DNA of 60,720 bases, counting the filler, from Actinomycetota bacterium (lineage in GTDB: Bacteria > Actinomycetota > Acidimicrobiia > IMCC26256 > VFJJ01), in assembly GCA_009886115.1 (NCBI GenBank). It is 4 parts of 4 records of this genome, joined end to end, with 100 filler letters (N's around TTAATTAATTAA, not from the genome) between each part and the next. Parts side by side here need not be neighbours in the genome. Positions count along the whole stretch, not along the records: positions 32,866 to 55,015 come from VFJJ01000219.1; positions 55,116 to 60,720 come from VFJJ01000052.1; 2 more parts are not named here. One strand, written 5' to 3'. How positions within the stretch are numbered: position 1 is the first letter of the stretch; every line of letters starts with the position of its first letter. The notes below the pieces were generated by a model. It had not been told where the DNA came from. It searched no databases and was given only the letters and a program-made list of their open reading frames with translations. Below are positions 48,986-58,095 of the stretch, piece after piece. Both the position numbers and the translations under genes were made by a program.

Positions 48986-50350
48986 ATGACGCCGACCATC
49001 GACCGAGACGCTCTGGGCCGGTTGTTCGAGGCTGAACGGGACCGTTTCGCCGAGGAGCACCCCCGGTCGCGGGCGCTGTTCGAGGAGGCCCGGCAGCACC
49101 TGTTGGGTGGCGTGCCGATGGCGTGGATGCGTCGGTGGCCGGGCGCCTTCCCCCTCTTCGCCGCCGAGGCTCACGGTGCCCGACTCGTCGACGTCGACGG
49201 TCACGAATACCTCGACCTGGCCATGGGCGACACCGGGGCCATGTGCGGCCACGCTCTCCCGGCCGTGACCGAGGCGCTGGCCGCGCAGGCCGCACTCGGC
49301 ATCACCACGATGCTGCCCTCGGCCGACGCGGTGTGGGTCGCCGGCGAGCTGTCCCGCCGGTTCGGCCTGCCCACGTGGCAGCTCGCGATGACCGCAACCG
49401 ATGCCAATCGCTTCGTACTGCGCCTCGCCCGCTATCTGACCGATCGCCCCAAGGTCTTGGTGTTCGACTGGTGCTACCACGGCACCGTCGACGAGACCCT
49501 GGTGACCGTGGACGCTGCGGGTCGCACCGTCGCCCGTCCTTCGAGCACGGGCCCCCAGGTCGATCCGGCGGTCACGACCCGGGTCGTGCAGTTCAACGAT
49601 CTCGAGGCGGTCGAGCGGGCGCTGTCTCGGGGCGACGTCGCCTGTGTGCTGACCGAGCCCGCGCTCACGAACATCGGGATCGTGCTCCCCGACCCCGGGT
49701 TCCTCGACGGCCTCACCGACGCCTGCCGGCGAGCGGGCACCCTGCTCGTGATCGACGAGACCCACACCATCTGCGCCGGACCCGGCGGCGCGACCGCGGC
49801 ATGGGGCCTCGAACCCGACCTCCTCACGATCGGCAAGCCGCTCGGGGGCGGCATGCCCACCGCGGCCTATGGCATGACGGCAGCCGTCGCCGCACGCCTC
49901 GAAGGCCTCATGGCCGACGACGGCATCGACGTGAGCGGCCTCGGGGGCACACTCACCGGGAACGCCTTGGCCGTGGCGGCCATGAAGGCCACGCTCACCA
50001 ACGCCTTGCGCGACGAGGACTTCGCCGTGGCGATCCCGCTCGCCGAGCGCTGGGCGGCCGGGGTCGCCGACGTGATCGGTGAGCGCCGACTCCCGTGGCA
50101 CGTGCAGCGCCTGGGCTGTCGGGCCGAGTACTGGTTCTGCCCGCTTCCCCGCAACGGCGCCCAAGCGGCCGCGGCCGTCGACGGGCAGCTCGACGCGTTC
50201 TTCCACCTCTGGTGCCTGAACCGCAAGATCCTGCTGACGCCGTTTCACAACATGGCGCTGTTCTCCCCGAGCCATACCGCAGCCGATGTCGACCGCCACA
50301 CCGAGGTGTTCTCTGCCGCGGTCGAGGCGCTGCTCACGCACTCGGCCTGA
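48986..50350 (+). CDS. Class III PLP aminotransferase (GSA-aminomutase-like fold)
   Basis: GVPMAWM, DVDGHEYLD, YHG, EP, IDETHT, TIGK (PLP lysine) and GGTLTGN. Confidence 0.9.
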   Translation: MTPTIDRDALGRLFEAERDRFAEEHPRSRALFEEARQHLLGGVPMAWMRRWPGAFPLFAAEAHGARLVDVDGHEYLDLAMGDTGAMCGHALPAVTEALAAQAALGITTMLPSADAVWVAGELSRRFGLPTWQLAMTATDANRFVLRLARYLTDRPKVLVFDWCYHGTVDETLVTVDAAGRTVARPSSTGPQVDPAVTTRVVQFNDLEAVERALSRGDVACVLTEPALTNIGIVLPDPGFLDGLTDACRRAGTLLVIDETHTICAGPGGATAAWGLEPDLLTIGKPLGGGMPTAAYGMTAAVAARLEGLMADDGIDVSGLGGTLTGNALAVAAMKATLTNALRDEDFAVAIPLAERWAAGVADVIGERRLPWHVQRLGCRAEYWFCPLPRNGAQAAAAVDGQLDAFFHLWCLNRKILLTPFHNMALFSPSHTAADVDRHTEVFSAAVEALLTHSA

Positions 50351-50691
50351 TCCCGGGGGCGGCACAGTTCGGGGGCAACGGTTTGGGGACCAACAACGTC
50401 CTACCGTGCTCTGACCGGCTGCTGGCGTTGCTCTTGATTCCCCTCCGTATGCTCCTCATCCTTCGACAGCCGTCCGTTCCCGGTCGGTCAGGACCACCGC
50501 CGACACAGCACCTCACCTCCTCGCACTTCGAACGGCAGCACGGCGATCGAGCGCACGACCGCAGCGTCGGGACTTGTCCCCTCGCTCTCGGCGCGCCGCC
50601 AGAGAGCCATGAGCGCTCCGACCAACGGGTTGAACGTGCCCCCACCGCGGGCGAACCACCGTGCCGAGGACCGGGTGGAATCGGCTCACGA

Positions 50692-52251
50692 TCACACGTC
50701 GAACTGCTTCCTGAGCTCGGCCTTGAGGATCTTGCCCGACGGGTTGCGGGGCACGACGTCGACGATCTCGAGTTGCTCGGGGATCTTCTGCACCATGAGC
50801 TCGCGCGCGCGTAGGAACTCGCCCATCTCGGCCATGGTCAGCGCGGTGGAGCCCTCCCGCAGCGACACCACGGCACAGGCCCGCTCACCCGAACGCGGGT
50901 CGGGCAGCCCGATCACGGCCACGTCGGCCACCTTCGGGTGCTCGTAGAGCAGGTCCTCGATCTCCTTGGCGCTGATGTTCTCGCCCTTGCGGATGATGAT
51001 GTCCTTGAGCCGACCGCTGATCGTGAGGTAGCCATCGGCGTCGAGGCTGCCGAGATCGCCGGTTCGCAGCCAGCCGTCGGCGTCGAACGCGTCAAGGTTG
51101 AGCGACTCGTCGAGATACCCCCGCATGCGCTGCGGTCCGCGGACGCGCACCTCGCCCTCCTCGCTCGGACCGGCAGAGCGACCGTCGATCGTCACGATCC
51201 GGACCTCGGCCCCACCCCGGGCACGGCCCTCGGTGGTGGCCAGCTTGTCGTCGGGATCGGAAGGCACGCAGAACGTGACGATCGGGCATTCCGTCATGCC
51301 GTAGCTCGACACCACGCCATGACCCATCTCGGCGATGAGGTCGTAGTGGATCTGGGGAGGCTTGGGGGCTCCACCGCCGGTGAACACCCGCATACGGGGG
51401 AACAGGGGGATGTCCGGGTGCTCACGCTGGGCCGCCAGGTACAGCAGGTGGTGTGCAGTCCCGGCGGGTCCGATCGTGGCGCCGACCCGGCTCATCAAGG
51501 GAATGCTCGTGCGGGCGTCGAAACCCTCCAGCAACACGAGCCGGCACCCCGTTGCCAGCACGCCCACGAGCCAGCCGAATCCTCCGATGTGGGCAACCGG
51601 GAACACGAGCGGGACCACGTCAGTTGCGGTCAGCTCGAGCCCATCGACCATCGTGGTGCCAGACACCAGCCCGGCCATATCGCTGTGGCGGGCCCCCTTC
51701 GGGTCGGCCGTCGTCCCTGACGTGTAATAGAGCCATCGCACCGGGAGCGCGCTCGGATCGTCGGGCGGTTCGGGCAGCGGATCGAGCCGCGCCGGATCAC
51801 CCATCGGGAGGTTCACCCCGGCGACGGCGGTACCGCGGTCGCAGACGATGATCTCCAGTCCTCCCACGGCTTTGGCGACGTCCCGGGCCATGGCCTCGAA
51901 GTCGGTGCCTTTCCAGAGCGACGGCGTGACGAGCACCTCGGCACCCGCCTGGCGGGCCACGAAGCTCACCTCACGAGCCCGGTAGATCGGGATGATCGGG
52001 TTCTGGACGGCGCCCAGACGGGCGAGCGCTCCCATGAGCACCACGGCCTCGAGCCAGGTCGGGAGCTGCCAGGTGACGACCGTCCCCGACCGGATGCCCC
52101 GGTCGAGGAGCCCGGCCGCGACCCGATCGCACAGGTCGCGATACTCCGCGAACGTGAGCGTCCGGCCCGTCTCCTCCTCGATCATGATCGCGTCGGGGGT
52201 GGCCGCTGCTCGCCGCGAAACGAGCTCCATCAGTGTTCTGCCGGTCTCCAT
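50692..52251 (-). CDS. AMP-binding acyl/aryl-CoA ligase
   Basis: YTSGTTADPKG, YGMTE, RTGDLG, GRLKDIIIRKGENI and PRNPSGKILK. Confidence 0.93.
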   Translation of the reverse strand: METGRTLMELVSRRAAATPDAIMIEEETGRTLTFAEYRDLCDRVAAGLLDRGIRSGTVVTWQLPTWLEAVVLMGALARLGAVQNPIIPIYRAREVSFVARQAGAEVLVTPSLWKGTDFEAMARDVAKAVGGLEIIVCDRGTAVAGVNLPMGDPARLDPLPEPPDDPSALPVRWLYYTSGTTADPKGARHSDMAGLVSGTTMVDGLELTATDVVPLVFPVAHIGGFGWLVGVLATGCRLVLLEGFDARTSIPLMSRVGATIGPAGTAHHLLYLAAQREHPDIPLFPRMRVFTGGGAPKPPQIHYDLIAEMGHGVVSSYGMTECPIVTFCVPSDPDDKLATTEGRARGGAEVRIVTIDGRSAGPSEEGEVRVRGPQRMRGYLDESLNLDAFDADGWLRTGDLGSLDADGYLTISGRLKDIIIRKGENISAKEIEDLLYEHPKVADVAVIGLPDPRSGERACAVVSLREGSTALTMAEMGEFLRARELMVQKIPEQLEIVDVVPRNPSGKILKAELRKQFDV

Positions 52252-52318
52252 GGCACGAGTCTGCTGGAATGCACCGGTCCGGCGCCCGATGGGCCGGCCC
52301 GACGAGGTGGAGGACCAC

Positions 52319-53056
52319 ATGGGAACAGCACTGGTGACGGGCGCGGGACGGGGTCTCGGGCGGGCGACGGCTTCCAGACTCGGCCGCGACGGTCACGATG
52401 TGATCGTCGTCGACCTCGACCGCGAGCGCGCCCGGGTGACCGCCGGAGAGCTCAAGGCCGCGCTCGGGACCGGCGTCACCGCCGAGCAATGCGACGTGTC
52501 AGACCCCGATGCCGTCAACGCCATGGCCGAGCGGGTCGGCCCGGTCGACGTGCTCGTGAACAACGCCGGCATCTGGCGCTTCTCGTCGCTCCTCGACATG
52601 CCCGTCGCCGATGCCCGAGCGGTCATCGACGTCAACGTGCTCGGGACGCTGTGGTGCTCGCTGGCGTTCGTGCCCGGGATGGCGGCCCGCGGCGGCGGGG
52701 CGATCGTCAACCTGTCTTCGGGTGCCGCCGTCACCAACTCGCCCGGCATCGGCGTGTACCCGGCGTCGAAGGCCGCCGTCGAGGCGCTCACCAAGCAGAT
52801 GGCCCTCGAGTTCGGGCCCATGGGCATTCGCGTCAACGCCGTGGGCCCCGGGCTGATCGTCACCGAGGGGACGGCCGCCAACTACGAGGGGGAGCGGCGC
52901 AACGAGCGGGCAGCCAAGATCCCTATGCAGCGGGTGGGCGAGCCCTCCGACATCGCCGACACGATCGCCTGGCTCGTCTCGCCCGACGCCCGGTACGTGA
53001 CCGGACAGGTCGTGTACGTCGACGGTGGCGTGAGCGCTGGCCGTTCCAGCTTGTGA
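52319..53056 (+). CDS. Short-chain dehydrogenase/reductase
   Basis: GGAGG RBS. TGAGRGLG, NNAG, YPASK and VDGG. Confidence 0.92.
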   Translation: MGTALVTGAGRGLGRATASRLGRDGHDVIVVDLDRERARVTAGELKAALGTGVTAEQCDVSDPDAVNAMAERVGPVDVLVNNAGIWRFSSLLDMPVADARAVIDVNVLGTLWCSLAFVPGMAARGGGAIVNLSSGAAVTNSPGIGVYPASKAAVEALTKQMALEFGPMGIRVNAVGPGLIVTEGTAANYEGERRNERAAKIPMQRVGEPSDIADTIAWLVSPDARYVTGQVVYVDGGVSAGRSSL

Positions 53057-53114
53057 GCGCGACGTCTCAGTTCGTGAGACGGCGCGGCGGAATCAACGGG
53101 GCGTCGGTGAACCG

Positions 53115-54461
53115 ATGAGCTCGCTCTCGGAGGAGGCCGACCGTCCCCGGGGATCGCTCCGGTCCCGAGCTGCCGCGCTCGACGCCGCGCATCCCCTGCC
53201 GCCGGTCGCGGTCACCGAGTTCCCGCCACTCCCCGACGCCACTCTGTATCTCGACGGGAACTCCTTGGGGCGTCTGCCCATGCGGACCTCGGCTCGACTT
53301 GGCGAGGCCGTCACGCACGAGTGGGGCCACGGGCTCGTTCGGTCGTGGGAACACTGGATCGATCTCCCGAGCCGGGTCGGCGACCTTCTCGCCGAGGGGT
53401 TTCTGGGCGCCCGTCCGGGCGAGGTCGCAATCACCGACTCGACCACCGTCAATCTGTACAAGCTCGCCCACGCTGCGCTGCGCGACGGGCTCGCCCGGGA
53501 CCGCGACGTCGTGCTCACCGACGCGGCAAACTTCCCGACCGACCGGTACGTGCTGGCCGGGCTGGTGCGAGACCTGGGCGCCGAGCTGGTCGTGCTGAGC
53601 CTCGACTCCATCGGTGGCCCGAGCGCCGAGGCCGTCGCCGACGAGCTGCGGCGGCGCTCCGATCTGGCGAATCGGCTGGCCCTGGTGTCGTTCTCGCACG
53701 TCGACTACCGCTCGGGCGCGCTGGCCGACATGGCCGCGATCAACCGGGTCGCGCACCGAGCCGGCGCCCTCGCGCTCTGGGACCTCAGCCACTCGGTGGG
53801 GGCCGTCCCCGTCGACCTCACCGGTGACGCCGACGAGACAGGCACCGGCGCCGGCAGCGGCGCCGACCTGGCCGTGGGCTGCACCTACAAGTACCTGAAC
53901 GGCGGACCGGGCGCGCCGGCGTTCCTGTACGTGCGGCGCGAGCACCAGAAGCGCCTCCGCCAGCCGGTCCAAGGATGGTTCGGCCAACGCGACCAGTTCG
54001 CCATGGCCCCCGAGTACGACCCGGCGCCGGGAATTGACGGGTTCCTGACCGGCACCACCCCGGTACTCGGCGCGATCGCGGTGGAGACGAGCGGGGGTTT
54101 ACTGTCCGAGATCGGGATCGGTCGCCTGCGCGAGCGATCGATGGCCCTGACAGGCTGGCTGATCGATTTGACCGACGCGATGCTGGCCCCGCTGGGCTTC
54201 ACGGTGGCGACGCCGCGCGACGCTCGACGTCGCGGTGGCCACGTCGCCTTACGTCATCCCGACGCCTACCGGATCTCGCGAGCCCTCACCGAGCAGGCCC
54301 GCGTCATCGGCGACTTCCGTGAGCCCGATCTGCTCCGGCTGGCTCCTGTGGCGGCCTCCACGACCTACACCGACGTGTGGGACGCCTGTAGCCGGATACG
54401 AGATCTCGTCGAACGCGGCGCCCATCTCCGCCTCGACACCCGTCGATCTCGGGTCACGTAG
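53115..54461 (+). CDS. kynU: Kynureninase
   Basis: YLDGNSLG, DSTTVNLYK, NFPTDRY, WDLSHSVG, GCTYKYLNGGPG, GW, RGGHV and GDFR. Confidence 0.93.
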   Translation: MSSLSEEADRPRGSLRSRAAALDAAHPLPPVAVTEFPPLPDATLYLDGNSLGRLPMRTSARLGEAVTHEWGHGLVRSWEHWIDLPSRVGDLLAEGFLGARPGEVAITDSTTVNLYKLAHAALRDGLARDRDVVLTDAANFPTDRYVLAGLVRDLGAELVVLSLDSIGGPSAEAVADELRRRSDLANRLALVSFSHVDYRSGALADMAAINRVAHRAGALALWDLSHSVGAVPVDLTGDADETGTGAGSGADLAVGCTYKYLNGGPGAPAFLYVRREHQKRLRQPVQGWFGQRDQFAMAPEYDPAPGIDGFLTGTTPVLGAIAVETSGGLLSEIGIGRLRERSMALTGWLIDLTDAMLAPLGFTVATPRDARRRGGHVALRHPDAYRISRALTEQARVIGDFREPDLLRLAPVAASTTYTDVWDACSRIRDLVERGAHLRLDTRRSRVT

Positions 54462-54504
54462 TCGCACGGCGAGCTTCAGCGTGCTCGACGGTCACGGGCC
54501 TCCG

Positions 54505-55015
54505 TCAGGCCCGTCCGAGAGCCACGGCGGCCTCGGTCAATGCCACTCGGAGGATGCCGGCGATCTCGGCGAACTGCTCGGGCCCGGCCACGAGGGGGGG
54601 CGCCAGCACCACGACCGGCTCGGCCCGATCGTCGGCCCGGCACAGCAGACCGAGCTCGACCATCCGCCGGGCCAGGGTCCCCTTGAGGACGGTGCGGCAT
54701 TCTTCGGCGCTGAGCGATTCCTTGGTCGTGGCGTCACGCACCAGCTCGATGGCATAGAAGTAGCCGGTGCCCCGCACGTCGCCCACGATCGGGATGTCAC
54801 GCAGGCCGTCGAGCACCGTTTTGAACTCGCCCTCGAAGCGACGGACCCGGCCGGGAATGTCCTCGCGCTCCATGATGTCGATGTTGGCCAAGGCCACGGC
54901 GGCGCAGTTTCGGGCGATCACCTTCGATCGCTTGGGCTGCCCGATGGCGCGGAAGTACTGGCGGGCCAGCTTCCACGCCGTCTCGACGGCCTCCGAGCCT
55001 CCGCTGGTGAAGAAG
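54505..55015 (-). pseudogene. Class III aminotransferase (SpuC/BioA-like) fragment, cut by contig end and lacking its central region
   Basis: FTSGGSEAVETAWKLARQY..KVIARN joins in frame to CAAVALAN..VGDVRG.G..RADDR..LAPPL. YHG, DEV and the PLP lysine are absent. Confidence 0.78.
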
Positions 55016-55115
55016 NNNNNNNNNNNNNNNNNNNNNNNNNNNNNNNNNNNNNNNNNNNNTTAATTAATTAANNNNNNNNNNNNNNNNNNNNNNNNNNNNN
55101 NNNNNNNNNNNNNNN
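55016..55115. other. Artificial contig linker
   Basis: N-run with central TTAATTAATTAA. Confidence 0.97.
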
Positions 55116-55201
55116 GGCCGGTGAGCCGACGGGGTCTCGTGGGTTCACGTACCTGCCTTTGGTGGCCGGCGGCACGGCGTTGATGTTCAACCTGCGCGAC
55201 A
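55116..55201. repeat. 86-bp exact direct repeat, copy 1
   Basis: Identical to 60635-60720. Confidence 0.95.
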
Positions 55202-56898
55202 CGGCCGATCGGCCGATTCGTGACTTGGCGCTCGACGGGCCGACGATCGCCAAGATCTTCTTCCGCGAGATCCAGTATTGGGACGATCCGGCGATCCTCG
55301 ACCAGAACCCGCAGCTCGTCGGGCGCATCGCAGCCGGCCTCGCTATCCGGCCGGTCGCTCGCTCGGGCGGGGCGGGGACGACGGCCGCGTTCACGGGTTA
55401 CCTGGCCAAGGTGGCTCCAGACTCGTGGCGCCGCTTCGCCGACGCCTCCGGCATCACGGGCGGGTTCACGTCGAACTTTCCGCCGGTGAGCGGTGTGGTC
55501 TTGCAGCAGGGCTCGGACGGGATCGCCAACTTCGTGGCCAGCCCGAACCAGGGCCGGGGCGCGATCGGCTATGCCGAGGCGGCCTTCGCCATGCAGGCGG
55601 GCCTGCCGGTCGTAGCGGTGAAGAACGCGGCGGGGAACAGCGTTCTTCCGACGGCCTACAACGTGGCCGTGGGGCTGCTCGGCGCCACCCGCAACGCCGA
55701 CGGCACCCAGAACCTCGACGGCGTGTACTCCAACACCCGTGCTGCGGCGTACCCCCTCTCGAGCTACAGCTACCTGATCGTGCCCACCGACGGTCTCGAT
55801 CCGGCCAAGGGCGAGACCCTGGGTGCCTTCATCGTGTACGCGGTGACCGCCGGCCAGGCCAAGGCGGCCGACCTCGGGTACTCGCCGCTCACCCCGAACC
55901 TCGTGCAACAGGCGCTCGACCAGGTGGCGAGGATCGCCGGTGCCACTGCGCCCCCGCCGCTCGGCGACTGGGGCCGCTTCTACGAGGCCCTGGCTCCACC
56001 AATCCCCTCCACGACCACCACGGCCAACACGGGTCCCGTGACCACGACCAACACGACCGGGCCGCCCGGCGGAACCACCACGACTGGCGGAACCACCACG
56101 ACGACCCGGCCGGCGGGCGGTACGACCACCACGACGACCTGCGGGTCAGGCGGCTCGACGACGTCCACGTCGCCGGCCCCCACGGGGGCATCGCTGAGCG
56201 TCGGTGACGTGACCGTCACCGAGACCCGGGCTCGCGTCGACTGGGTCGCAGTGCGGGTTCCGGTCGTGTTGTCGGCGCCGCTCGCGTCTCCGCTGGTCGT
56301 CAACTACTCGACCGCGCCGGGCGTGTCGTCGACGGTGGGTGTCGACTACGAGGCGCGCTCGGGCACGATCACGATCCCCGCAGGGAAGGTCGCCGGCCAC
56401 GTCGTCGTGTTCGTCAAAGGCGACGCCTATCTCGAGGGCACCGAGTGGTTCTCGGTCTCCGCGTCGGCGCCAGCTCCGCCCCCGTGTGGCAGCTCGAACG
56501 GTGGTCTCAACGGGCTCGGGCGGGTGACGATCCGGAATGCGACGTTGCCTCCTGCCGGTCCGGTGGCGTCGCCGTCGGTGGTGGTGGTGGTGCCCGAGCC
56601 GGATGCGGCAGCGGCGTTGGTGTGGCTGCCGGTGTCGGTGCAGTCGAAGTCGGCGGTTCCCGTGGTCGTGAACTACCAGGCGACCGGTCTGACGGCGGCT
56701 GAGTCGTCTGACTTCCGGCCGGCCGCCGGTTCGGTGACGGTCCCGGCCGGGGCGAGCTCGTTCCGGGTGCCGGTGTACGTGCGGGGCGACGTGTTCGACG
56801 AGACCGACGAGGTGTTCACGGTCTCGCTGACCGGCGGGTTCGCGTACCCGTCTGGCTCCCAGATCGTCGTCACCATCCGGGACGACGCCCATGGCTGA
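55116..56898 (+). CDS. pstS: PstS-family phosphate-binding protein with Thr-rich linker and two Calx-beta-like domains; 5'-truncated
   Basis: PstS motifs IAKIF..I.YWDDPAI, RSGGAGTT..FT.YL, GAIGYAE, AYPLSSYSY and LGYSPL. TTTT repeats, then SVGDVTVTE..VNYST..DY...G...IPAG..V.GD...E..E.F, with the same pattern repeated. Confidence 0.85.
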
Positions 56899-57025
56899 CG
56901 GCCGACCCGTCCGGAGACGCGCCACCGGGCCCACCTGGCCCTCCCGGGCGCCGGCTCGGGCAGTTCGGGCGTATCAGACTATTCAGGTAAACCAGACAAA
57001 CTCACCCAAACACCGCGAGCTTTCC

Positions 57026-57058
57026 ATTCAGCTGGTGTTCGCGAACACGTCACCTGGC
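57026..57058 (+). promoter_or_regulatory. Putative PHO box (11-nt direct repeat units) upstream of pstC
   Basis: ATTCA (57026), GTTCG (57037) and CGTCA (57048) at exact 11-nt period, resembling GTTCACCC-type PhoP units, in an AT-rich intergenic region. Confidence 0.45.
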
Positions 57059-57075
57059 TGTGCTGAGGTGGGGCA

Positions 57076-58095
57076 GTGGTGACGACGTTCGAGGCGATCA
57101 ACGGGGAAGGCGGGGCAGACGGCGTCGTGACGCCCCGCGACCTGACGACCGTCCCGACCCGCGGCGACGTGATCTACCGGCGTCTGGCCATGAGCGCGGG
57201 CCTCTCGACGCTCGTGATCATGGTGCTGATCTTCACCTTCCTCCTGTGGAAGTCGTGGGACGCCTTGTCGATCTCCGGAGCGTCGTTCATCACCGAGACG
57301 GCCTTCGAGCTCGTGAGCGATCCCCCCGTGTTCGGGGTCGCAGCGCTGTTGTTCGGGACCGTCGTCATCGCTGCCATCGCGCTCACCCTGGCGGTGCCGA
57401 TCGCGGTCGCGACGGCGTTGTTCATCAACGAGTACGCGCCGATCCCCCTCAGGAAGCCGCTCATCGCGCTGATCGACCTGCTGGCGGCCATCCCCAGCAT
57501 CATCTACGGGATCTGGGGCCGGAACTATCTCTCGGAGAAGTTGTTCGGCCCCGGTCGTTGGCTCGACGATCAGCTGGGCTTCCTGCCGATCTTCAACTCG
57601 CGACCGGGCGGTGGCGACTACCGGCTCGGGGCGTCCACGTTCGTGGCGGGGATCGTCGTCGCCATCATGATCCTGCCGATCGCGACGTCGGTCATCCGCG
57701 AGGTCTTCTCCCAAGCCCCACGCGGCGAATGCGAGGCGGCTCTGGCCCTGGGCGGCACCCGCTTCGGCATGGTCCGCGCCGTCATCCTCCCGTTCGGGCG
57801 GGGTGGGATCATCGGCGGCTCGATGCTGGCGCTGGGACGGGCGCTGGGCGAGACGATCGCGGTCGCGCTGATCGTCTCACCCGCCTACGACATCAAGGCC
57901 AGCATCCTCGAGACCGGTGGCAACTCGGTTGCCGCGGAGATCGCCAACCAGTTCGGCGAGGCAGCCAACAACCCGATCGGCGTGTCGGCCCTGATGGCGG
58001 CGGGTCTGGCGCTGTTCCTCATGACGCTGTTCGTCAACATGGGAGCCAACGTCGTGATCGGCCGCTCCCGCTCCGGAGCCGGGGTCGACCTGTGA
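57076..58095 (+). CDS. pstC: Phosphate ABC transporter permease
   Basis: LAAIPSIIYGIWG, EAALALGGTRF and LGRALGETIAV. Confidence 0.95.
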   Translation: MVTTFEAINGEGGADGVVTPRDLTTVPTRGDVIYRRLAMSAGLSTLVIMVLIFTFLLWKSWDALSISGASFITETAFELVSDPPVFGVAALLFGTVVIAAIALTLAVPIAVATALFINEYAPIPLRKPLIALIDLLAAIPSIIYGIWGRNYLSEKLFGPGRWLDDQLGFLPIFNSRPGGGDYRLGASTFVAGIVVAIMILPIATSVIREVFSQAPRGECEAALALGGTRFGMVRAVILPFGRGGIIGGSMLALGRALGETIAVALIVSPAYDIKASILETGGNSVAAEIANQFGEAANNPIGVSALMAAGLALFLMTLFVNMGANVVIGRSRSGAGVDL

